In this document: piece after piece, positions 53,146 to 64,000 of the stretch | Numbering within the stretch: position 1 is the stretch's first letter | Layout: each line of letters starts with the position of its first letter | Assembly: GCF_964204645.1 (NCBI RefSeq) | Contig: NC_134027.1 | Location: 14,788,485 to 14,852,484, forward strand | Direction: 5' to 3' | From: Tubulanus polymorphus | Taxonomy: Eukaryota > Animalia > Nemertea | DNA: 64,000 nt | Position numbers and translations under genes: made by a program | The notes under the pieces: model-generated | The model's input: the letters and a program-made list of their open reading frames with translations, nothing else | The model's database searches: none | Told to the model about the DNA's origin: nothing

Positions 53146-55513
53146 CGGTTCCTGAACTTCGCTGAAAAAGCTGAAACACTGAAAAGCTGAAACGCTGAAA
53201 TAAAAACCCTGAAATTTCAGGGAATTTCCGAAAAACGCCGAAATTTCAGGGAATTCCCGAAAAACGCTGAAATCGTGCTAGGTACCGACAATACACGTTT
53301 TGAAATGTTTTCCGGGCCGGTGTCCGCTGACGAGTCCTGAACCGTGTTTTATGCTCCACCTTCGGTTACAGAAACATGCCTTAAGGTCGTCGTCATGATC
53401 GACTTGATCGATTGCGGATTGCGTGGATTGTTAGATGTGTTTTTTTGCCATAGTTTTATGTGCATATACCGGTACGATCTAACAATGAAGTTATCACTTC
53501 ATTTGAATAAATTCTTAATCACAGTAATATTAATTCACAATATTTTTTCTTATGTTTGGTGATTTCTTGCAACTTATCATTGCCAAGTCTCATACAAGTA
53601 GTAGCTGAATGAAAGTACAGTTAGGCTGAACCTGATAACCCAAATTAAGTGCTAGCATGGAACTAATGATTATCTTGATTCTATTTTCGGTGTCATTGAA
53701 ATTCGTTAATAAAGGTTCAACCGTCATAGTATACTGTACTTAGCATTGCTACAATTGGGTGCCATATTTCTACAATTTCTACAAGGAGGAAGGAATCTTT
53801 AAGTGTCTTTGTTCCCGGGTAGGGTACGGGGTAAAACCTGGTTTACTTTCTCTTTCGACTTGCCGGAGACTACTATCTGCAATGTATTGCATGCTTTGAT
53901 GTGTCTGGCCTATAGGAGTCGAACGATATTTTTTTCCCATACACAGGCTTGGCTTTAGTGTAGATGAAGGCTAGGCACTGCACATTGTGGATTGACTGGA
54001 ACTCTTAACTCACAAAATTAAACGAGTCAACAAGAAAGATCCAATAATTGGACATTTGTCTAACTATATTATTTAACAGCTTGAAATAATACATAACACA
54101 TTCTGCAAGAGTATACAAAGGAAATCAGTTCTTACATTATATCAGAATCAATAGTTCGCTTAACTCTGGCTAGAATTCTGGTTCCATTGCTTCATATTCT
54201 AATGAAATCCACTAGTATACCTTAGAATATCGCTTAGCTTAAGACTAAAAATTTGGTACCAGGAAACAGGGAAGAAAAGTGGGTGTACTGTACATCCGCA
54301 ATTGACTTATTTCTCTCTGGTTGAATCAAGTTATTATTGAAATAGCATTCGAATAGCCATTTTATTTTTAAAAATTGTGTCGTTCAGCTATCCTGCTGCA
54401 AATTTCGCAGTTTAAGTTTACTGGTGCCATCTGATTTCTCAGTATCTCAAAGAATTTGCACATTCTAAGCCTGAATCTAAAAATAGAAAAAGGTGCATTT
54501 TAGTCGGATATAAATGAATAGTGGCTAATACACCCTGGACTATATAGCCTATGGGGTGGGCCTAGTTTGAAAGCACTGAGGTCCGAGAGAACAGCACTTA
54601 GTAAATAAATACTGAAATTAAACTTACAAAACACCCAGTACTTGAGATGATGTACTTGACAAGAAGTGTCACCAGCTAAGCAAATCAACTTTGTCTATGA
54701 CTCCTCCTTTTATAGATTCAGTAGTAGTCTAAAAATAAGAATCGGTACATTTTTCTAACAGTTGGTATGTCATTTCTTCAAAAAAACTAATTATTATCAC
54801 GCCACAGCAAATAAATTATTCACAGTTGTTGAATGGTTAGCCCGATTTAGATTAATTGGTTGACGCTAATCAGTATGACCCATACGTAGGGGCCTACTGC
54901 ATGCCATTGGCGTCAATCCATTCCATTCCATTCCACAGTGAATTAAAAAGAAATTTAGTTAGATCCCTTTTGTCCAAAAGCTGCATCATTTATATAACTA
55001 GCTGTCAAATTTAATTTACCTCCTTCAGAGAATACCATAGTCCGTCGCCCATCAACGTGTTGACAAAAGAAAAGTTGCTCCATGTTTTATACATGAACGT
55101 TCAAATAAGATATTTTGCGTCTTGCAGGGAATATTGAGCATAGTGTTGGCTTGCACGGTTTGTGAATGGGTTTTCCTCATTATGCTGCCTGTATGCATTA
55201 AAAATCCGGATTTCAAGCGAATTAATTTGTCCAACAAGTGGCTGGCCTTCTAGAAGTATACTCCACACATACTGTCCATGCGTGTCTCTGTAACCGAAGG
55301 TAGAGACTAAAACACGGTTCAGGACTCGGCAGCGGACACCGGCCCGGAAAATATTTCAAAACGTGTATTGTTGGTACCTAGCACGATTTCAGCGTTTTTC
55401 GGGAATTCCCTGAAATTTCGGCGTTTTTCGGAAATTCCCTGAAATTTCAGCGTTTTTATTTCAGCGTTTCAGCGTTTCAGTGATTCAGCTTTTTCAGCGA
55501 AGTTCAGGAACCG
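53146..55513. mobile_element. Non-autonomous Mutator-like element with ~230-bp TIRs and perfect 9-bp TSD
   Basis: TIRs CGGTTCCTGAACTTCGCTG.../...CAGCGAAGTTCAGGAACCG; TSD GGAAGCACT at 53137-53145 and 55514-55522; removal restores BEL RPITRVSRDPNDLEALTPNHLL. Confidence 0.92.
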
Positions 55514-56368
55514 GGAAGCACTGACCCCAAATCACTTGTTGTGCGGTCGACCTGGCGAGTATCTCCCGCCTGGGGTGTTCTTTAAATCGGATAATTTTCC
55601 GAAGAGATACTGGCGTCAGGTGCAGTATTTAGCGGACGTGTTCTGGAGTAGATGGCTGCACGAGTATCTCCCGTTGTTACAAGCGTGTCAGAAGTGGTTA
55701 CTGAAACGTCGAAGCACGACTGTCGGTGACATTGTGTTGCTCGTGGATAACTCGACGTCGAACAGGGAAGAGTCATAGCCGTAAAGCTAGATTCGAAAGG
55801 GTTCGTGCGATCTGTAACCGTGAAGACCGCCACAAATGAATTCAACCGATCCGTTGATAAGCTCGTCCTTATCTTAGAAGCCGACTAACGACAGTTGGTT
55901 TTTTCCGTCGTCGACTGATGAACTTTGTATGAGTTATCAATTGTATTGTATGAGTATATTTTTATCGGTAAGCTTGCTTTAGGAAAATTGTATTAAGTGT
56001 ATTCCAATTTTTAGGGCCGGTGTAAAAGTTTTACCCGCTATTTTTGTCCGGTTTTTATTTGTCCGGTTCCGGGTCTAGTCCGGACCCATTGTTTTGGGTT
56101 AGTTCCAGAGTTTGCACCTGCGCGTTGGCGTTTTTTCCACCCACCGGAAGTATCGGTTTTCCTCGGCCGTTCAGTTCGTAGTTCAGGTTTTCGTGTGGCC
56201 TCAACATTTTGTTAGTTTTAGTTTTGTATTTGTTTATATGTGGCTGGCTTTTACTACCGGATAATTAGTTATGGGCCTCAAGCCGTGTATTTTACACAAC
56301 GTTTTTGTAAGTCATTTTGGCTCGTTTGTTGCCATGTGCGTAGGTGGCTGCACCAACTGGTTTCCCAT
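55514..56368 (+). mobile_element. BEL/Pao element A, integrase C-terminus and probable 3' LTR
   Basis: LTPNHLL, WRQVQYLADVFWSRWLHEYL, VGDIVL; purine-rich tract then TGTAAAAG at 56021; LTR end approximate. Confidence 0.8.
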
Positions 56369-58194
56369 GTCTTCATTCCTAGATATTAACAACATTATTA
56401 GTGAAGCTCAGGCTGGTTTTAGATCTAAATACTCAACTATCGATCATATTTACACCCTAAAAACCATCGTCGAGTTGTATCTTTGTCAAGGAAGAAGACT
56501 TTTCTGAGCCTTTGTCGACTTCAAGAAAGCTTTTGATTCGGTTTGTAGGGTTACTTTATGGAAGAAACTCATAGCTAATTGTATAACGGGTAATTTTTTG
56601 AATGTAGTAAAAAGTATGTATGACTCCGTCAAATCATGTGTTAGGTCTAAGGGTAATACATCGCATTATTTCGCAGCTGATCGTGGTTTAAGACAAGGCG
56701 AAAACCTGTCACCTATTATTTTTTCTTTATTTTTGAATGATATTGAGGAATTTTTTATTAACTGTGGTAACTCAACTTTATCGTTTATGGAACACCTGAA
56801 CTCGGGGTGTAATCAGGATCTTGATGCTTTACTGAATTTATTTATTATCCTATATGCGGATGACACGGTCATTCTTGCCGAGGATGAGAGATCACTACAG
56901 TTACACTTAGATACATTATTTGAGTATTGCACAGGCAACGGCCTCACTGTAAATTTCGATAAAACAAAAATATTAGTTTTTGCGCGAAGTAGATCTAGAA
57001 TTAAGCAAATTCCGAAATTTATGTTTGGCAACAAAGAATTGGAGATAGTTGAAGATTATTTGTAGCTCGGAGTTAAATTTAACTGGAACGGTAGTTTTGT
57101 TAAAGCAAGAAAATATCTTTACGATAAAGCTATGAGAGCTATGTTTTCAATTATTCAAAAGGGTAGGCGCCTGAAACTTCCAATCGACGTAATGTTCAAA
57201 TTATTCGATATGTGCGTTGCCCCTGTTGCCATATTTGGTTGCGAGGTATGGGGATACGAAAATTTGGACTTATTAGAAAATATTCATTGTCTTTTTTGCA
57301 AGATTTTAATGAAGGTAACAAAGTATTCTCATAATTTACCGGTGTTAGCAGAGTTAGGGCGTTATCCTTTGTTCATTAAAGTAAAGCGTGGAATGATTAA
57401 TTTTTGGTTCAAAACCGTATCTGGCAAACAATCTAAGCTTAATGCAATACTCTATCGAATTTCCCGTAATCTGTATCTAAATGACAAATATACTAGTCCT
57501 TGGCTTTTCAGTATAAAACAAACTTTTAATGACTGCGGCCTGTCCTATGTATGGATACAACAATACATATATGCAAAGTTCTAGCGCGTTCTCAAAATAT
57601 GTAAGACAAATACTACGCGACCAGTATGCACAAGAGACCATTTTCAAAATCAATAATAATCCGTTATATATGAATTTCAGGGAATACAAAAACGATATTA
57701 AGTTTGAGAATTATATCAACCAACTAGATGATAATTTTGTGTTTAGTTTTTTTCAGTTTAGAATAGGATCCCACCTATTACCTGTACATAGATTCCCTAA
57801 TCTCCATCTACCTAGAAACGAAAGAATGTGCCCAATCTGCAATGTTTTTGGGGATGAATTACATTATCTCTTTGATTGTAAGATTCTTACCGAACTTCGC
57901 AATACCATTCCGAATTTAGAAACATTTAGAAACTTTGATATATTAAAAAATCCAAATTTTCAATTAGCACAATTTATAAAAGATGGTTCAGATGTATATA
58001 GATCCCTCCTGTAGTCTGTCAATTGTAAAAAGTACACTGTATTTGTATATATTGTAAATACTCTTGTTATGTTTTTAAAATATTTTTTATTTTTCTCTCG
58101 ATATGTAAATATGGGTAAACAAAATCATTTTTTTTCCTCCACGTTCCATGAAAATGGTTGGAGAGTAATAAAATTATCTTATCTTATCTTATCT
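56369..58194 (+). mobile_element. Non-LTR retrotransposon 3' half (RTEX-like), degenerate
   Basis: QAGFR, FVDFKKAFDSV, GLRQGENLSP, YADD, ELGRYP, C-terminal CPIC..GDELH..C; AATAAA + (TTATC)n tail. Confidence 0.85.
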
Positions 58195-59177
58195 AGCATG
58201 TATACTGTATTTTGTTCTTGTAGTCAATCCCTTATTGGTGTACATGGATCTAACAACGTTCGAATCGCCAAACTTTTCTTGTGTTCGCGTTACTTTATTT
58301 GTCGTATTTGTTCTCGTGGTTTTTAGACAGTTTTCACCTGAGTCGAGGATCAGACTTGTAGCTTTCCGACGGCCTTTGACACTATATCTAATGCCATAGA
58401 ACCAAAATCAGCGCAAAGTCAGCGACTTATGATAACAATTAACAGTCTATTATTATCATGTGAGTTATCATTGATGTCAACCGAAATCAGTTTTTATATA
58501 TTTATACTTGATACCAGCTGGGGGTCATTTTTGTAAACTGCAATAAAATTTGAAATCACCAGTAAATTCATTTTTTCACAAAAAAGTTAAACTCAAATAT
58601 TTGGTGTAATGGCCATTGGTTACTTCATGCTTTCAATGAGGACAACAATTCAAACTTAACTGATTTAAGCTTACTTCGTGAAACCGAGCCCAGGGCTGCT
58701 ATTTTGTTACCTTCATGGCAAAAGGTAACGGAGATGTGGAACAGTAGAGCTTATACTCGTCCGTGCCCATGTATACATGTCGCATACATGTAGTTTGAGA
58801 CCAAGAAAAATACTCCGACTTATAAGGCCAACTTTGATTAAGCAACCGTGTTCTGAAAACTTCTTCATTCCTACGTGGATTATTATATTAACATCTACAA
58901 ATGATTAAAAGATAATTCGGAAATAATTCGGGTTTATTTTTCTATTCTAATACTCTTATCGCAACTAAAGGACTGATGATTGCGGTTTCATCGATTTACA
59001 AGTTAGGAACAGGAGTCGGTATCGGGAAGAAATCAACGTGATTATACTGATTTCTTATTGGGACCAATTGAAAGTCACAGAAGCGAGGTTCCGACTTAGA
59101 AAAGACCATAGGCTACATTCGAAATTTCTTTAAAAAATCATATCACCCCTGCTGTCAATTTCTGGGTGGTATACCCA

Positions 59178-59474
59178 CTGTCCCATGGACACCATGTTCC
59201 GGTCTCGACCCTTCAAATGTCCCTCTACTCTCTACAAAGTCCCGTGGACACCATGTTCCCGTCTCGACCCTTCAAACCTGTCTCTACTCTCTAGACAGTC
59301 CCATTAACACCGCGTTCCCGTCTCGACCCTTCGAACCTGTCTCGACTCACTGTCCCGTGGACACTATGTTCCCGTTCCAACCCTTCAAACCTGTCTCCAC
59401 TGTCCCGTGGACACCATCTTCCCATCTCAACTCTCCACATCTGTCTCTACGCTCTACAAAGTCCCGTGGACACT
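59178..59474 (+). repeat. Minisatellite, ~50-59-bp unit, 5-6 degenerate copies
   Basis: GTCCCGTGGACACCATGTTCCCGTCTCGACCCTTCAAACCTGTCTCTACTC repeated in tandem. Confidence 0.85.
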
Positions 59475-60344
59475 AATGTGGCGGAAATTTGTTTCACTTT
59501 GTTTTGCTCCTTTTATCTTCCAGCTGCAGAGTCCTCCCCAGTTTTTCTTCGTGATCGGAGACGGTGAAATTTTTATTAAATGTTTGTAAGATGTAAAATA
59601 AAACTTTATCACATGTTTGGGAATCTGAGATAAGAATGTAAAATGCTATGGACTTCGGTCTTGTAGATTAAAAGCGATTTTTGTTTCTATCGTAATGAAT
59701 CATTTTATGATTTAGTAGAATTCTAAAAACTGTACTTGAAGACCTTCCCTATGTGCACGGGTCACTCCCGTGTTGTATTTTTCGAGTTCATGCGCCTCAA
59801 TCGATATTCCCGTGCTTAGATCGATATTTCTATGCTGTGCCCTGTGCCCGAGATGGCGCCACTAAACGGTTCTTAATTATATTGTGTGCTCGGGGTGATT
59901 TCTTTGCCAAAATTAGATTGGGTTACGTCATAACCTGGGCTCTATAAAAGGCAAAAATGTGCTTTATTAATTAGTCTCGGTGCATTTTTTAGGTGTGCTA
60001 GTTAGCGTCAGTAATTAGAAGATGGCGTTTTCATACCAGAGGTCGAGAGGTCGAGACACCACTCATCACAGCTAGGCTCTAGTGAGAACGGACGATTGCT
60101 CTGTGATACACATATACAGTGAGTGCGCGTAACAACAACTGCGCGTGGATAGATCGATACAGTGAGTCGCTACTGAGAACGGTTATTAACGCGTGTGCTA
60201 TTACTGTAGTAGTACAGTGATTGCGTGTCAACTGTGCTCGGATAAATAGATGCTGTGAGGCTTGGGTGAGAACGGTTAATAGCGTGCTTGTTATATACAA
60301 GGGGAAGTAATCCCCACTCATCACCACTTTTTTTTTGCTCATAA

Positions 60345-60671
60345 ATGGGAGATATAAAAGCATTCTTAGCAACAATAAATAACAGAATAAAACCAGCAAA
60401 AAAACAATTTGAAATAAAAAAGTTAGTTGATGTTACAAAAGAAATTGAACATAAAATATTGAAATTAGAAAAGATAAAAACTAAATATAGAGAGAAAGTA
60501 TCAGCTAATTTAAGCTACTGCAATGTTAGTACATCGCGAGAATTTAAAGTATTTTTACCTGATAAATGGGTTTCATTGAGTACAGATGAATTAAAAGGTT
60601 TAGAAGGATTTAAAATAATCTATCATGGAAAAAATGAAGATGGGCATCATGATTTAGAAGTTGTTGACTAA
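60345..60671 (+). CDS. Polinton terminal small ORF, unknown function
   Basis: Intact 108-aa ORF; deleted paralogue at 25818-25920. Confidence 0.6.
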   Translation: MGDIKAFLATINNRIKPAKKQFEIKKLVDVTKEIEHKILKLEKIKTKYREKVSANLSYCNVSTSREFKVFLPDKWVSLSTDELKGLEGFKIIYHGKNEDGHHDLEVVD

Positions 60672-60779
60672 ATAATTAAGAAATAAAATAATAAAAAAAT
60701 GAATATCAAGAATCCGAAATGACTTATCTGGACAATTTAATTGCTCCGCATAGATAGACAAAAGTAGTGAGATATTCAA

Positions 60780-61160
60780 TTAATTTAAAAAATTATTTTT
60801 TTGCTTTTTTTCTAAAATATTAATCCATTTTTTTATTATCAATTTTGGAATTTCAGACGTATTTTCATTTTTGATAGCAGTTGTTTCAGAATTATTAGTA
60901 TCATGAATTTTATTTGATTTCTTATACCAATTACACCCAATCAACATGAATACAATTACAAATCCAACTGTAAAATATAGACATTTATCAAATATTCTAT
61001 CATTAGAAGGAGTAGAAATAACAATATTTTCACCATTTTTATTACTTATTTTTTCTTTTACAGCTTTTTTATATTCTTGTGATTTAATTCCTAATTGCCG
61101 AGACCATTCAATTTGTTTCTGTGATCTCGGTTTTTTCTTCACTTCTTCCACCTCGCTCAT
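60780..61160 (-). CDS. Polinton accessory ORF with one predicted transmembrane segment
   Basis: KKPRSQKQIEWSRQLG motif, hydrophobic LYFTVGFVIVFMLIG; TAAATG start. Confidence 0.55.
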   Translation of the reverse strand: MSEVEEVKKKPRSQKQIEWSRQLGIKSQEYKKAVKEKISNKNGENIVISTPSNDRIFDKCLYFTVGFVIVFMLIGCNWYKKSNKIHDTNNSETTAIKNENTSEIPKLIIKKWINILEKKQKNNFLN

Positions 61161-61698
61161 TTATTATAGAAATATTTTTACTTTCAATATTTGAAAATGT
61201 TATAACCCCAGTTGATAATAATGTCATAAATCCGCCTAATTGAAATGATAAATATCCAATCCATTTATTTAATTCAGTCATAACTGAATAATCATTTTTC
61301 AAATCGGAATATAATCTATTTTCATCTTCAATTGGTAGTATATAATTACATAATTTACTATAACCTTTTACTACATTTTCTGATATCGCGTCATTAATTC
61401 TAGCTGTTCTCGCGGCTTCATAAATCTTAAATAATCTAATAATTTCATCTGATTTCATTGTATCTAATTCATTATAAGTTAAATTTTTACCGATAAAATT
61501 TTTACATTTTCCAGATGCTATTAATATTTCTAATTGATGTTTACAATAAAGATAATATTCATAATTATTATTTGTTGTAACATTATTTAAAGCACCATCA
61601 TCTGGAGTTAATTTTGTTTCTGTTATTCCTAAATCATCTAAAGTTTTTTCAATTGGAACATCACCGTTTTTAGATTTTATTTTCTTTTCACCTCCCAT
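61108..61698 (-). CDS. Polinton accessory ORF, unknown function
   Basis: Intact 196-aa ORF with TAAATG start, cotranscribed orientation with the ATPase. Confidence 0.6.
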   Translation of the reverse strand: MGGEKKIKSKNGDVPIEKTLDDLGITETKLTPDDGALNNVTTNNNYEYYLYCKHQLEILIASGKCKNFIGKNLTYNELDTMKSDEIIRLFKIYEAARTARINDAISENVVKGYSKLCNYILPIEDENRLYSDLKNDYSVMTELNKWIGYLSFQLGGFMTLLSTGVITFSNIESKNISIINERGGRSEEKTEITETN

Positions 61699-61869
61699 TT
61701 ATATAACAAAAAAATTAGTTGTGATGTTGCAACTAGAATTTAACTAGAATGTAACTAAAAATCAACTAGATTAACAAACTAGTTGAATTATTATTGTTTT
61801 TATTTATTTTTTGTTAAATCTAGTTGACTAAATATGTAACTAAATATGTAATAGATTAACAAGCTAGTT

Positions 61870-62484
61870 GAATCTAAATAAATTCATATTTAAATGGGTG
61901 TTGTAATCTAAATAGTAATTTTGATCTTTTATTATTTTTCAATTTATCCATATATTCATTATGTAAATCATGCGGAATAATATCATTTTCCTCAAGTGCA
62001 TTTTTCATAGATTTTCTATCTTTATTGTAGAATAAAACTAAAAATCTAATGTTTTCTAAAAAAAATCTTTAACAATTGAATTATATTTTTGATTTAAAAC
62101 CCATGTTGTTATCCCGAAATGTCTACCAGAAAAAGCTAAATAACATAACTCACTCTCTCTAATTTTTGAATCATGTAAATTTGCGCAATCATCTATGATA
62201 AATAATGTATTTGATCCTTTATAAATATCAATTGCTATTTTTATACAATTATCTAAATTTTCTTTTACTGTTTTATGATCTAATATAATAAATTTATTAT
62301 TTCTAGTAATATTTCTGTCATAAGTTTGATTTAATTCATATGTTGGACAAAATAATACTATATTATCAAAATAGTTTTTATAAACAGTTTCTAATAAATT
62401 TAATATAAAATAAGTTTTTCCACAATTTGTTACGCCAGAAATTAACATATTATGAGGCTCAAATATAAATAATTCCTTATTCAT
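61870..62484 (-). pseudogene. Polinton A32/FtsK-like packaging ATPase (frameshift at ~62060)
   Basis: Walker A GVTNCGKT, Walker B FIIDD, GRHFGI..WVLNQ; continuation RENIRFLVLF in another frame. Confidence 0.9.
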
Positions 62485-63612
62485 TTATATATTTTTAATT
62501 TTACTTGATAATATCCATTCATTGAATTTATCTGGCCATCCAACCCATTTTACTAAAGAATATTTTTTTCTTTTAACAGTTTTTGTTTTTAATACTTTTT
62601 CAATTTTATATTCTTGTTCTAGATTTTCAGTAGTTAAACTTAATTCTTCTTCGTAAAAGTAGCCATCAACTTCTTCACCATCTAAATCTTCTAATTTATA
62701 GACATATGGTTTTGTTGTTATTACCTTTTTTATTTTATATATTTCCCTAGTAAAATTTCGATCGTATCCTTTGTCAAATATCTTTTTATACTTAGAAATT
62801 CTAACATTTTGACCAACTTTAAATTTAGGTTCACCAAAATCATCTACAAGAAATGCTCCATATAAATTATTCCAAACAATTTCAGCATTTTCAGGTTTTC
62901 TAGCATCAATAGGTTTCATTCCAATAGAAGAATGATAAGAATTATTATATCCTTCTATCAATTTTGGTAAAACATCAATCCATTTAAAAGTATTATTTGC
63001 TGTAAAATATTTCCACATTCTTGTTCTTATTGTTCTATTAAATCGTTCAACAACTGCTGCTTTTTTATCCGATTTTGTTGAAAAATATTTAATATTATGA
63101 ATGTCTAAGAGTTCATGAACAAGTGAATTATCAAATTCTTTTCCATCATCCAATTGTATTTTTTCTGGTTTTATTTTATCATCCGAAAGAAATTTTCTTT
63201 AAACATTTGATGTTTGTGCAGCATCTTTTCTGTAAAGTGGGAAACTCCATACATAACGACTAAAAATATCAATTATATTCAATATCCACCAATAATCATC
63301 ATTATCTTTCTTAACATTATTCATATCAATTAAATCTCTTTGCCACTGTTGATCTACATAACTTACCATAGTTTTACGAGTTTTATATTTTCTAACATTT
63401 TTTTTATGTGTTGTATATGTTGGTTGTTCTAACATAAATTCATTTATATCTTTATATTTAACTAAATTTTGTGGGATTATCTTATCTAATTTATCTTGTT
63501 TTACTTGACGCCATATATTTTTGGTAGAAGAATAAGCAACCGAACTCTCAGGGTTGTAATATTAATTTCTTAAATATTGTTCTTTAGTATTAGGAGTTTT
63601 TTTACCGCCCAT
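62485..63612 (-). pseudogene. Polinton retroviral-like integrase with C-terminal chromodomain
   Basis: WQ.DLIDM, IDIFSRY, DDGKEF, ERFNRT, YNNSYHSSIGMKP, chromodomain YKIEKVL..LVKWVGWPDKFNEWI; stop/frameshift in 5' part. Confidence 0.92.
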
Positions 63613-63663
63613 TTATATATCGTTAGTTTTAACTTTATATTTCTAATATTGAATACTATCTAA

Positions 63664-64000
63664 TTATGAATTTACAATATTTAATTGTGCGTCAGATATA
63701 ATATAAATGTGCATTTTGAAATTCAAGCTTCCTTTTTTCTTTTTCATGAATAATTGTATTCCATCTTTAGTGTTCTGTAGCTTTTTCCCAGAACCATGTA
63801 ATGAATTATCCTCTGTAGTTCTAAAATCTAACCATAATGCATATTTATTACCAGTATAATAATCAATTTGATTAATATTACAATTTTCAGATGATTTTAC
63901 TTTTTCATTCATAAAATGTTTTCTAATTTCTGGCCATTGATCTATCATTCTCATTCCTTGACAAAATATTTTATTTGCTATTCCTTCAATAGTTATTTCT
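63664..64000 (-). CDS. Probable Polinton major capsid protein C-terminus
   Basis: KYALWLDFRTTEDNSLHGSG...GIQL...YIISDAQLNI; directly upstream of the integrase; assignment from remembered motif. Confidence 0.65.
   Translation of the reverse strand, partial: EITIEGIANKIFCQGMRMIDQWPEIRKHFMNEKVKSSENCNINQIDYYTGNKYALWLDFRTTEDNSLHGSGKKLQNTKDGIQLFMKKKKGSLNFKMHIYIISDAQLNIVNS

Larger units (their letters stand above)
60010..64000. mobile_element. Polinton/Maverick copy C (long-TIR form), one end; runs off the window
   Basis: Terminus AGTAATTAGAAGATGGCGTTTTCATACCAGAGG; TIR segment shared with 27015-27260; ATPase, integrase and capsid genes. Confidence 0.9.

Noticed and set aside
59178-59474. CRISPR-like regular repeats
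   Set aside because: Whole units repeat with no unique spacers, no cas genes, eukaryotic context; it is a minisatellite.

Overview
AT-rich animal (probably invertebrate) genomic DNA that is mostly nested transposable elements around the 3' end of one host gene. The host gene is histidine ammonia-lyase (HAL), with four coding exons at 11156-11290, 11361-11469, 11540-11609 and 23144-23305 and an 11.5 kb TE-filled last intron. The TEs comprise CR1/L2-type and other LINEs, several BEL/Pao LTR elements (one full length, with LTRs, tRNA-His PBS and 5-bp TSD), Penelope elements with hammerhead ribozymes, 9-bp-TSD TIR elements, a Sola-like transposase, Helentron-type non-autonomous elements, SINEs and at least three Polinton/Maverick (adintovirus-like) copies. 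The most striking feature is a Polinton protein-primed DNA polymerase B gene (minus strand, 33146-41472). It carries a full-size (~345 aa) intein with a LAGLIDADG homing endonuclease inserted inside the catalytic motif C (YFD|SVTADTP...LILKN|TDS; 35751-36784). The Polinton genes also share a fixed-spacing GTAA-T-rich-TAAATG start motif resembling poxvirus post-replicative promoters. All calls come from reading motifs by eye; no database searches were run.
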